The translations under genes and the position numbers were made by a program. DNA of 64,000 nucleotides from Acidimicrobiales bacterium (GTDB lineage Bacteria; Actinomycetota; Acidimicrobiia; Acidimicrobiales; JACDCH01). The stretch spans positions 4-64,003 of the forward strand of contig DASXPN010000067.1 in NCBI GenBank assembly GCA_036493595.1, written 5' to 3'. This document shows, one piece after another, positions 8,127-16,262 of the stretch. The notes under the pieces are model-generated. The model worked only from the letters and a program-made list of their open reading frames with translations. It was not told the DNA's origin and did no database searches. The stretch's first letter is position 1, and each line of letters begins with the position of its first letter.

Positions 8127-9710
8127 GTGGGCGATCGCTCTCCCTCTGGTCCGCCCTCCCCCAGCCGGCGCCGCGTGCTGCTCGCGCTCGGCTTCGGAGC
8201 GGCAAACGCGGTGGCCCTCAGCCGTCTGGGCAAGCGCCGGTCCGTCGCCGCACCGAACGCCGCGAACTCGGGCGCCGGCCGCGTGTCCGCGACAGGACCG
8301 GCCACACCACCCGCACTCGACGGTGCCGCCCCAGAGCCGCCCGACAATCATCTCTACGACATCAACATCACCGGCGGCCGTGTGATCGACCCCGAGAGCG
8401 GCTTCGACAGGGTCGCCGACGTCGGCATCGACGGTTCCACGATCGTCGCGATCACCGACAAGAAGCTGCAGGCGCGCATGACCATCGATGCGAAGGATCG
8501 CATCGTCGCGCCCGGCTTCATCGACATGATCAGCTACGACCCGAACCCGTACGGGATCTGGTTCAAGATCGCCGACGGCGTCACCACCAACCTCGGCATG
8601 CACGGCATGTTGATGACGGCCGACCAGTTCTTCGGCACCTACGCCCAGCAGGGATCGCCATGCCATTACGGCGGTGCGTACGACAACTACTTCATGCGTG
8701 GCGTCGGCGGCCTCGAGATCGGCTCGGGCGAAGACGCGAGCGCGAAGCAGCTCGACCAGCTCGCGGCCGACATCGACGATCAACTGCATCAGGGCTGGCT
8801 CGGCGCGTCCTTCTCCCCTGAGTACAGCCCCGGGATGGCCGAGGACGAGATCACGCGCCAAGCGACCGTCGCCGCGAAGTACGGGCTGCCCTCGTTCTTC
8901 CACGGCCGCTACTCGACCGACGTCCCACCCGACGACAATGCCGCGACCTTGCAGGAGATCCTCGACGTGGCGCGCGCCAGCGGGAGCAGCGTGCACGTGA
9001 TGCACATCACGTCGACCGGAGGCACGTTCCAGATGCCGCAAGCACTCGACACCCTCGAGCAGGCCCGCAGCAACCAGATCGACGTCACCGCCTGCATGTA
9101 CCCGTACAACTTCTGGGCGACCTACATCCAGAGCGCGCGGTTCGGCGACGGATGGCAGCAGCGCTTCCACATCACCTACAGCGACCTCGTCGTCCCCGGC
9201 ACCGGCGAACGACTCACCGAGGCGCGCTTCAACGAGTTGCGCAGCGGCAGCAACAACACGCTGGTCGCCGCGTACGCGATCCCGGAGGGCGACGTCGTGA
9301 CAGGGTTGCAGTCGCCGACGACGATGATCGGCAGCGACGCCATCCTCACGACCGGCGACAACAACCACCCGCGCGGAGCCGGCTGCTTCACCCGGGTGCT
9401 CGGTCACTACGTGCGCGAGCAGCAGACGCTCTCACTGGTCGACGCGCTGGCCAAGATGACGATCCTGCCCGCCAAACGACTCGAGGCCAAGGCGCCCGCG
9501 CTGCAGAAGAAGGGTCGCTTGCAGCGCGGTGCGGACGCGGACATCACGATCTTCGATCCGGCCACGGTCGCCGACAGAGCCACTGTCGAGAACCCCGCGC
9601 AGGCGGCCGCCGGCGTGGACTACGTGCTCGTCGCGGGGACGATGGTCCTGTCGCCGGACGGCCTCGACAAGTCGAAGCTTCCCGGCCAGCCGATCAAGTC
9701 CGTGATCTGA
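8127..9710 (+). CDS. Tat-signal D-aminoacylase-like amidohydrolase (first metal motif degenerate)
   Basis: SRRRVLLALGFGAANAVA twin-arginine leader. ITGGRVIDPESG..VADVGIDGSTIVAI..IVAPGFIDMISYD N-terminal pattern and C-terminal GADADITIFDP. The HxH of the paralogs is replaced by MIS. Confidence 0.7.
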   Translation: MGDRSPSGPPSPSRRRVLLALGFGAANAVALSRLGKRRSVAAPNAANSGAGRVSATGPATPPALDGAAPEPPDNHLYDINITGGRVIDPESGFDRVADVGIDGSTIVAITDKKLQARMTIDAKDRIVAPGFIDMISYDPNPYGIWFKIADGVTTNLGMHGMLMTADQFFGTYAQQGSPCHYGGAYDNYFMRGVGGLEIGSGEDASAKQLDQLAADIDDQLHQGWLGASFSPEYSPGMAEDEITRQATVAAKYGLPSFFHGRYSTDVPPDDNAATLQEILDVARASGSSVHVMHITSTGGTFQMPQALDTLEQARSNQIDVTACMYPYNFWATYIQSARFGDGWQQRFHITYSDLVVPGTGERLTEARFNELRSGSNNTLVAAYAIPEGDVVTGLQSPTTMIGSDAILTTGDNNHPRGAGCFTRVLGHYVREQQTLSLVDALAKMTILPAKRLEAKAPALQKKGRLQRGADADITIFDPATVADRATVENPAQAAAGVDYVLVAGTMVLSPDGLDKSKLPGQPIKSVI

Positions 9711-10179
9711 TCGTCCAGATGGTGTGGTCGGGCGACGGGTCGCCATGACCCGTCGTGCGGGTGAGCAGGCAACGTTCGATGTCGAGCTGGAACAGCAACT
9801 GTCCGGTCAACGCGTCCGCGGTCAGACCGATCGGCTTTCGCTCGTCGACGAACTGTTGTGTCATCCGCTCCTTCGTCGCATCGTCGTCCAACAACGTGGC
9901 GCGGCCGCCGCACGAGAACGCGTCCTCGTTGTCGTCGCACGGAAACGAGTGCAGCGTGTAGCGGCCGTCGCGCAACAGGTCGCCCCGCTTGGGCCCCGCG
10001 ACGATCCACGCGTACATGTCGTCGTCGGTCAGCAATGGACACATCGGATTGACGCGAGGCCGGCCATCGGTCGCGACGGTTCCGAGGAAGGCGAGACCGA
10101 CGCCGACTTGGTAGAGCAGTGATCGACCACCCTCGGCGAGATCCGGCCGCGCCTCGCGCAGCTCTCTCCACGACACCAT
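9694..10179 (-). CDS. Pyridoxamine 5'-phosphate oxidase-family (PPOX-class, likely F420/FMN-binding) protein
   Basis: LAFLGTVATDGRPRVNPMCPLL..MYAWIVAGPKRGDLLRDGRYTLH split-barrel pattern. Its ATG overlaps the stop of the upstream gene (ATGA at 10177-10181). Confidence 0.65.
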   Translation of the reverse strand: MVSWRELREARPDLAEGGRSLLYQVGVGLAFLGTVATDGRPRVNPMCPLLTDDDMYAWIVAGPKRGDLLRDGRYTLHSFPCDDNEDAFSCGGRATLLDDDATKERMTQQFVDERKPIGLTADALTGQLLFQLDIERCLLTRTTGHGDPSPDHTIWTIRSRT

Positions 10180-10610
10180 CAGGTCGTGCCGAACCGGGGC
10201 CAGAACTGGCGCAGCTCTTCGGCGAACTCGGCGGCCGGCGTGCCCGCCGATTCGAGCGCGTCGAGTACGCCATGGATGAGCGCCTCGTAGAACGGCTTCG
10301 CGTCGGGTGGCATGAGCGGCCGACCCCGTTCCTCAGCCGTGGCCGTCGCCAGACCTGCCAGCCGATAGAACGCGTGCACCAGGTACTCGACTTCTTCGAG
10401 GGTCTCCTCGCCACTCCACCTGAACTCGCCGCCGCGCTTCGCCACGCGGGCCCAGTCGTCGAGGTAACGCCGGAACGAGGTGACGACTTCCGTGCCGACG
10501 TGATCGTCGGCCGGTTCGTCATCGAGCCCGTACCCCTCGAGCACGGCCCGGGCGTAATCGATGAAGGAGGTCGCACTCGAGGCGGCGACGGGACCAATGG
10601 CCACCTGCAT
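10179..10610 (-). CDS. Hypothetical protein (143 aa)
   Basis: ATG at 10610 (MQVAIGPVAASS...). Acidic helical protein, translationally coupled to the PPOX gene. Confidence 0.45.
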   Translation of the reverse strand: MQVAIGPVAASSATSFIDYARAVLEGYGLDDEPADDHVGTEVVTSFRRYLDDWARVAKRGGEFRWSGEETLEEVEYLVHAFYRLAGLATATAEERGRPLMPPDAKPFYEALIHGVLDALESAGTPAAEFAEELRQFWPRFGTT

Positions 10611-10643
10611 TGCCTTTGAGGGTAATCCCTGTGTCACGACTAC

Positions 10644-10664
10644 GATCTGACGACCCGTCAGATC
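10644..10664. promoter_or_regulatory. Operator-like palindrome class 2, site 1 (GATCTGACG-ACC-CGTCAGATC)
   Basis: Perfect 9+3+9 inverted repeat, immediately upstream of the CAGGAGAGG RBS and the ATG at 10677. Confidence 0.55.
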
Positions 10665-10676
10665 CAGGAGAGGTCC

Positions 10677-11903
10677 ATGCCGCAGCCGCCCCTCGCCGGC
10701 GTCCGCATCATCGAGAGCTCGATGCTCGGCCCCGCCGCGATCACCACCCATCTCGCCGATCTCGGCGCCGAGGTGATCAAAGTCGAGTCCCCTCAGGGCG
10801 ACTACATCCGCCAGATGACCTGGCCCATCGTCGAGGGCGTCTCGTTGATGCACCTGCACATCAGCCGCGGTAAGCGCTCGATCGTCCTCGACCTCCGCAC
10901 CGACGAGGGGGTCGCCACCTACCTCGATCTCGTGCGCGGGGCCGACGTCGTGATCGAAGCAATGCGGCCCGGCGGTCTCGAGCGTCGCGGGCTCGGCTAC
11001 GACAAGCTGCGTGAGGTCAAGGCGAACATCGTGTTCTGCACCATCTCGGGATATGGCATGACCGGGCCGTACAAGGACATGCCGAGCCACGGGGTCGCGT
11101 ACGACGTGTGGGCCGGGCTCGTGAAGCCGGAGATCGACGAGGACGGGTTCGCGTGCTTACCCGAGCACCCCTCCACGGGCATCCACGCAGGCCCGTTGTT
11201 CGGTGCGCTCGGCGTGCTCGCCGCCGTGATCCGCGCCCGCGCCACGGGCGAGCCCACGCGCCTCGAGATCGCGCAGTCCGACGCCGCCGCGGCCATGGAC
11301 TGGTTGCGATCCGAGACCTACAAGGCGTACGAGCGTCCCGAGGACGAGGTCACCGGCAACGCGTCCGACAACTACGAGCGACGCCTCCCCGGCACCGCCG
11401 GTATGCGCAACGGCGTCCGCTATCAGTTCTACGAGACCAAGGACGGCTACATCCTCTTCCAGGCGTCCGAGCGCGAGTTCTGGGAGAACTTCTGCCGCGG
11501 CATCGACCGGGCCGACCTGTTCGAGCGTTTTCCGGGCTCGCAGTACGCAGACCACGCAGTCGGCAACGTCGAGTTGCGTACCACGTTGCGCGACATCTTC
11601 CGTCAGCGCACGAGCACCGAGTGGGTCGAGCTCGGCGAGCGAGTGAACACGCCGATCGTCAACGTCAACACACCGAAGACCTTGGCCGACGATCCGCAGT
11701 TCCAGGATCGAATGCCTTGGCTGCCGCGTTCGGTGCTGGGCAACGACCAGCTCCCGTCACCGATCAAGCTGGTCGGCGAGATGCTGCCGATGCCGACGAA
11801 GGCACCGACGCCGGGTCAGCACACGGACGAAGTGCTGCGCGACGTGCTCGGTTACGACGACAGTCGTATGGCCGAGTTGCGCGCCGCCGGCGCACTCGGC
11901 TGA
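10677..11903 (+). CDS. CaiB/BaiF family III CoA-transferase
   Basis: LAGVRIIESSMLGPAAITTHLADLGAEVIKVESPQGDY N-terminus and 408-aa length are typical of family III CoA-transferases. Confidence 0.85.
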   Translation: MPQPPLAGVRIIESSMLGPAAITTHLADLGAEVIKVESPQGDYIRQMTWPIVEGVSLMHLHISRGKRSIVLDLRTDEGVATYLDLVRGADVVIEAMRPGGLERRGLGYDKLREVKANIVFCTISGYGMTGPYKDMPSHGVAYDVWAGLVKPEIDEDGFACLPEHPSTGIHAGPLFGALGVLAAVIRARATGEPTRLEIAQSDAAAAMDWLRSETYKAYERPEDEVTGNASDNYERRLPGTAGMRNGVRYQFYETKDGYILFQASEREFWENFCRGIDRADLFERFPGSQYADHAVGNVELRTTLRDIFRQRTSTEWVELGERVNTPIVNVNTPKTLADDPQFQDRMPWLPRSVLGNDQLPSPIKLVGEMLPMPTKAPTPGQHTDEVLRDVLGYDDSRMAELRAAGALG

Positions 11904-11913
11904 CGTTCCCGAC

Positions 11914-14019
11914 GTGTTCGAGCTGACCGACGAACAGCAGGCGCTCGACGAATCAGTGGCGCGGCTGCTGGCGAAGACGTCCTCGCCCGACCAGGTGCGG
12001 GAGGCGGAGCTCGATGGCTTCTCGCCGGCGGTCTGGCGTGGTCTGGTCGACATGGGTCTGCTCGACGCGGCCGCGTCGCGCGACGCCAGCCTGTCCGACC
12101 TCGCCGTCGTCACGATGAGGACGGGCGCACAGCTCGCCGTGGTGCCCATCGTCGAAGCGCTGGTGGCGGCGCGCGCCGCGGGTCCCACCGGCGACCACGC
12201 CAGACGAGTCGCGGTGTTCACGCCGCGGCCGGTGCAGGACGGAGTGGCGACGTTGGTCGCGGGCGGCACGGTTGCCGCCGAGATCGTCGCTTGCGTGGGC
12301 GACCGGGTCATCGTCGCGGGCGTCGAGGTCGTGCGCGCGCACGCGAGCTTGGGTTCCACCGCGTTGGCGAGTGTCCGGCTCGTGGATCCGACGCCGATCG
12401 GCCACGCCGATGCCGGACGCGTGCTCGACGAATGGCGCGTGCTCACCGCGGCCGCGCTCGCCGGCCTGGCCCGAGCCGCACTCGACCTCGGTGTCGCGTA
12501 CGTGAAAGAGCGCCACCAGTTCGGCGTCCCGATCGGTTCGTTCCAGTCCATCCAACACCGGCTCGCCGACCTGTACACCGCGGTGGACGGCGCCCGCCTG
12601 TTCGCCCTCGAAGCCGCGGCCGCGCTCGACGACGGCGACGACGGCGGTGACGGACCCGCGCTGGCGGCGATGGCGCTCGACTGGTGCGGCCAGGTGGCCG
12701 AGGCCGCCGCCGCCGCCAGCCTGCACTTCCACGGTGGCTACGGGTTCATGCTCGAGTACGACGTCCAGCTGTACGTCCGCCGCGCCAAGGCATGGCGGCT
12801 CGCACTCGGCGATCCGCGGCGGCAGCGGCTCGAGACCGCCCGCCGGCTGTGGGGCAACGGCCGCAGCGGTCTACACCGACCACTCGATTCCTCGACCGAA
12901 TCGTTTCGCGCCGAGGTCCGTGCATTCCTCGGCGAACATCTCGACGACGAGATCCTCGAGCGTGCCCACGACACCGGCACCATGCACGACGCCCGGTTGC
13001 ATCGTGCGATTGCCGCTCGCGGATACCTCGCCGCGGGATGGCCCGAGGAGGTCGGCGGCCAGGGCCGCAGTGCCGTCGAGATGACCGCGCTGATGCAAGA
13101 GCTCTACGGGGCCGGCGCGCCCGTCGACAGCATGAGCATCGCGTCGATGGTCGCGGCCACGCTCTTGCTGCGGGGCACCGATCAGCAGCGCGGCGAGATC
13201 GTGCCGCGCATCCTGGCCGGCGATGCTCTGTGCTGCCTCGGCTACAGCGAGCCCGACGCCGGGTCCGACGTCGCCGCAGTGAAGACCCGCGCGGTGCGCG
13301 ACGGCGACGAGTGGGTGATCAACGGGCAGAAGATGTTCACGACCATGGCGCACGTCGCCGACTACGTGTTCCTGCTGACCCGCACGAGCCCCGAGAAACC
13401 GAAGCACAAGGGGCTGACGATGTTTCTCGTGCCGATGGATGCCGCCGGAATCGAGATCGCACCTGTCCACACCCTCGGCGGCGAGCGCACCAACATCACC
13501 TTCTACGCCGACGTGCGCGTTCCCGACTCGTGCCGGGTCGGTGACATGGACGCAGGTTGGTCGGTCATGCACGCGGCGCTCGTGTACGAGCGCAACAGCG
13601 CGAACTGGGGCGAGCCCGATCGCCTGGTGCGAGAAGTCGCGGCCTGGGCGACGTCGACCGGCGCGATCGACGATCCGCTGGTGGCCGAACGGCTCGCGGA
13701 GCACGCCACGGCGATGGAGGTCGGGCGGCTACTCCTCTACCGCATGGCGCAGGCCGCCGCGTCAGGCGCGATGACCGCGGTCGAGGGTTCGATGGCCAAG
13801 CTGTTCATCACCGAAGCGTTCACGCGCGCCGCGACCGACTTGCTCGACGTGCTCGGGGCTGCCGGCGTGCTGCCGCACGGCGACGACGACGCGCCGAATG
13901 CTGGGCTCGTCGAGCACGCCTTCCGGCACTCGACGGTGACCACCATCTACGGCGGGTCGAGCGAGGTGCAGCGCGGCATCATCGCCGAGCGCGGCCTCGG
14001 CCTCCCCCGCACGCGCTGA
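11914..14019 (+). CDS. Fused two-module acyl-CoA dehydrogenase (beta-like N-half, alpha-like C-half)
   Basis: 701 aa. The N-half resembles the short ACAD at 45154-46023 (LGVAYVKERHQFGVPIGSFQSIQHRLADL; HGGYGFMLEYDVQLYVRRAKAW). The C-half resembles the full ACAD at 46020-47156 (CLGYSEPDAGSDVAAVKTRAVRDGDEWVINGQKMFTT; TIYGGSSEVQRGIIAERGLGLPR). Confidence 0.8.
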   Translation: MFELTDEQQALDESVARLLAKTSSPDQVREAELDGFSPAVWRGLVDMGLLDAAASRDASLSDLAVVTMRTGAQLAVVPIVEALVAARAAGPTGDHARRVAVFTPRPVQDGVATLVAGGTVAAEIVACVGDRVIVAGVEVVRAHASLGSTALASVRLVDPTPIGHADAGRVLDEWRVLTAAALAGLARAALDLGVAYVKERHQFGVPIGSFQSIQHRLADLYTAVDGARLFALEAAAALDDGDDGGDGPALAAMALDWCGQVAEAAAAASLHFHGGYGFMLEYDVQLYVRRAKAWRLALGDPRRQRLETARRLWGNGRSGLHRPLDSSTESFRAEVRAFLGEHLDDEILERAHDTGTMHDARLHRAIAARGYLAAGWPEEVGGQGRSAVEMTALMQELYGAGAPVDSMSIASMVAATLLLRGTDQQRGEIVPRILAGDALCCLGYSEPDAGSDVAAVKTRAVRDGDEWVINGQKMFTTMAHVADYVFLLTRTSPEKPKHKGLTMFLVPMDAAGIEIAPVHTLGGERTNITFYADVRVPDSCRVGDMDAGWSVMHAALVYERNSANWGEPDRLVREVAAWATSTGAIDDPLVAERLAEHATAMEVGRLLLYRMAQAAASGAMTAVEGSMAKLFITEAFTRAATDLLDVLGAAGVLPHGDDDAPNAGLVEHAFRHSTVTTIYGGSSEVQRGIIAERGLGLPRTR

Positions 14020-14058
14020 ACCCGCTGGACCCGCTGACGTCTCGACCCCGACCCTGGG

Positions 14059-14970
14059 CTAGTAGCGGAGGCCGGGCGCCCGCGTCTTGAAGATGTCGGT
14101 GGCGAGTTGCTGGCCGAGCTTCGTGGCGTCCCAGCGCTTGCCCCCGTTGTTGATGGTGGCGCCGTCGGTCCATCCGTCCATCAGGATGATGTTCTCGGCG
14201 ACCGCCCGTAGTACTTGCCCCGTGACCATCTGGCTCTCGTCGCTCGCCAGCCACGCGACCACAGGTGACGCCACGGCAGGATCCATCGGGTTCCACTCGT
14301 CGTCGGCGACGTCGTCGGTCTCGATGACGGCCGGCGCATTCGGCATGGTGCCGGTGATGCGGGTGGCGGCGGCCGGACCGATCGCGTTGACCGTCACGCC
14401 CATGCGGTAGAGCTCGAGCGACAGCGTCTGCGTCAGGCCGGCGATCGCCGCCTTCGCCGTGGCGTAGTTGGTCTGGCCGAAGTTCCCGACGAGCCCCGCG
14501 CCCGAGACCGTGTTGATGACCCGGCCGGTGAACGCCTCGCCGGCCTTCGACCGGTTGCGCCAGTGGTTGGCCGCGTGATGACACGGCAGCCACGTCCCCC
14601 GCACGTGCACGCGCATGACCGCATCGAAGTCCGTCACCGACATGTTCCAGATCACGCCGTCGCGCACGATGCCGGCGTTGTTGACGAGCACGTCGAGCTG
14701 GCCCCACGTGTCGACGGCCTGCTGGACCATCTCGGCCGACTGCGTCTCGTCGGACACGTCGCCATAGTTGGCGACCGCCGTGCCACCGCGCTGCTCGATC
14801 AGCTTCACCGTCACGTCGGCGTCCTGACTCGCCCCCTCACCACTGACCGAGCCACCGAGGTCGTTGACGACGACCCGCGCCCCTTGCTTCGCCAGCTCGA
14901 GCGCGTGCCCGCGCCCGATGCCGTGTCCCGCGCCGGTGACGATCGCGACCTTGCCGTCCAACAGTCCCAT
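14059..14970 (-). CDS. SDR oxidoreductase (MFE-2/Hsd4A-type hydroxyacyl-CoA dehydrogenase-like)
   Basis: KVAIVTGAGHGIGRGHALELAKQGARVVVNDLG, VLVNNAGIVRD, YATAKAAIAGL. ATG at 14970 preceded by GGAGAA. Confidence 0.8.
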   Translation of the reverse strand: MGLLDGKVAIVTGAGHGIGRGHALELAKQGARVVVNDLGGSVSGEGASQDADVTVKLIEQRGGTAVANYGDVSDETQSAEMVQQAVDTWGQLDVLVNNAGIVRDGVIWNMSVTDFDAVMRVHVRGTWLPCHHAANHWRNRSKAGEAFTGRVINTVSGAGLVGNFGQTNYATAKAAIAGLTQTLSLELYRMGVTVNAIGPAAATRITGTMPNAPAVIETDDVADDEWNPMDPAVASPVVAWLASDESQMVTGQVLRAVAENIILMDGWTDGATINNGGKRWDATKLGQQLATDIFKTRAPGLRY

Positions 14971-14980
14971 CAAGCTTTCT

Positions 14981-15001
14981 CCGTTTTCCGTTTTCCGTTT
15001 T
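14981..15001. repeat. Three perfect tandem CCGTTTT heptamers (GGAAAAC on the coding strand of the SDR), plus one degenerate unit
   Basis: Read directly: ccgttttccgttttccgtttt followed by cccgttc. Lies between REP copy A and the SDR RBS. Confidence 0.9.
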
Positions 15002-15004
15002 CCC

Positions 15005-15054
15005 GTTCTCCGGGTCTATTGCGGGGCCATAGCCCCGCAATAGCGCCAACATTC
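15005..15054 (-). repeat. REP-like palindromic element, copy A
   Basis: The reverse complement reads GAATGTTGGCGCTATTGCGGGGCTATGGCCCCGCAATAGACCCGGAGAAC. It ends 2 nt from the P450 stop codon. Confidence 0.85.
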
Positions 15055-15056
15055 GG

Positions 15057-16262
15057 TCAGTGGGGGGTGAACTTCACAGGCATCGAATTGATGCCGCGGA
15101 TGAAGGCGGACGGTGTGCGGTGCACCGACGCGCCGGGCGCGAGCTCGATGTCCGGCAGCCGGCGTAGGAGCTCTTCGTACATGACTCGCAGCTCGAGCCG
15201 GGCCAGCGACGCGCCGAGGCAGAAGTGGGTGCCGAAGCCGAAGGCGATGTGCGGGTTCGGATCGCGCCGCACGTCGAACTCGTCGGCGGTCGGACCGAAC
15301 ACGTCCGCATCGCGATTCGCCGACCCGTACAGCAGCAACAACTTCTCCCCCGCCGCGACACGCACACCCGCCACTTCGGTATCGGTCGTGGCGGTGCGCT
15401 GGAAGTTCACGATCGGCGTGACCCACCGCAACATCTCCTCGATCGCGACCGGCAGCCGTGACGAATCCTCGACCAACGACTGCCGTTGCGCCGGGTTCGC
15501 CATCAACGCTTCCATCCCGCCCGAGATCACGTTGCGGGTCGTCTCGTTGCCGCCGACGAGGATCAGCAGCAGCTCATTGATCAAGTTGTCGAGCGTGAAC
15601 GCGTGGCGCTCGCCGTCGTCGTCGACGATCTCGGCGTGGGTGAGGATCGACGTGAGGTCGTCACGCGGGTTGGCCCGACGATCTTCGATGACCTCGGTGA
15701 TGTACGAACAGAAATCGGTGAACTGGGCGATGATGTCGTCGGTCACCTTGCCGTCGGCACCCTTGATGAGCTCGTCCGACCACGCCTGGAGCCGGTCGCG
15801 GTCCTCGACCTTCACGCCGAGCATCTCCGCGATCACGATCATCGGCAACGGCACTGCGATGTCCTGGGTGAAGTCGCAGTGTCCGAGCGGCGCAACCGCG
15901 TCGAGGATCTCGGTGACGACGGCGCGGCAGTGGGCCTCCATGCCGGCGACCTGCTTCGGCGTGAACCCCTTGTAGACGAGCCGGCGTTGGCGGGTGTGGC
16001 GCGGGTCGTCCTGGGAGATCATCGAACCGTCCGGCGCGGTCTTCGGCCGGAACCCTTCGCCCGAACAGAACAGGTCGGGATGGCGGGACACGTACACGAC
16101 GTCGGCGTGACGGCTGATGCCCCACAACTCGTTGGCGTCGTCGCGATACACCGGCGCCTTGTCACGCAGCCACGCGTACGTCGGATACGGATCGCCCGCG
16201 TACAGGTCGCCGTCGAGCAGGTCGATCACGCGCTCGTCGGTCACTGACGTCGTCGTGCTCAT
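15057..16262 (-). CDS. Cytochrome P450
   Basis: Heme loop FGFGTHFCLGASLARLE and I-helix LLILVGGNETTRN. ATG at 16262 overlaps the upstream stop (ATGA). Confidence 0.9.
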   Translation of the reverse strand: MSTTTSVTDERVIDLLDGDLYAGDPYPTYAWLRDKAPVYRDDANELWGISRHADVVYVSRHPDLFCSGEGFRPKTAPDGSMISQDDPRHTRQRRLVYKGFTPKQVAGMEAHCRAVVTEILDAVAPLGHCDFTQDIAVPLPMIVIAEMLGVKVEDRDRLQAWSDELIKGADGKVTDDIIAQFTDFCSYITEVIEDRRANPRDDLTSILTHAEIVDDDGERHAFTLDNLINELLLILVGGNETTRNVISGGMEALMANPAQRQSLVEDSSRLPVAIEEMLRWVTPIVNFQRTATTDTEVAGVRVAAGEKLLLLYGSANRDADVFGPTADEFDVRRDPNPHIAFGFGTHFCLGASLARLELRVMYEELLRRLPDIELAPGASVHRTPSAFIRGINSMPVKFTPH

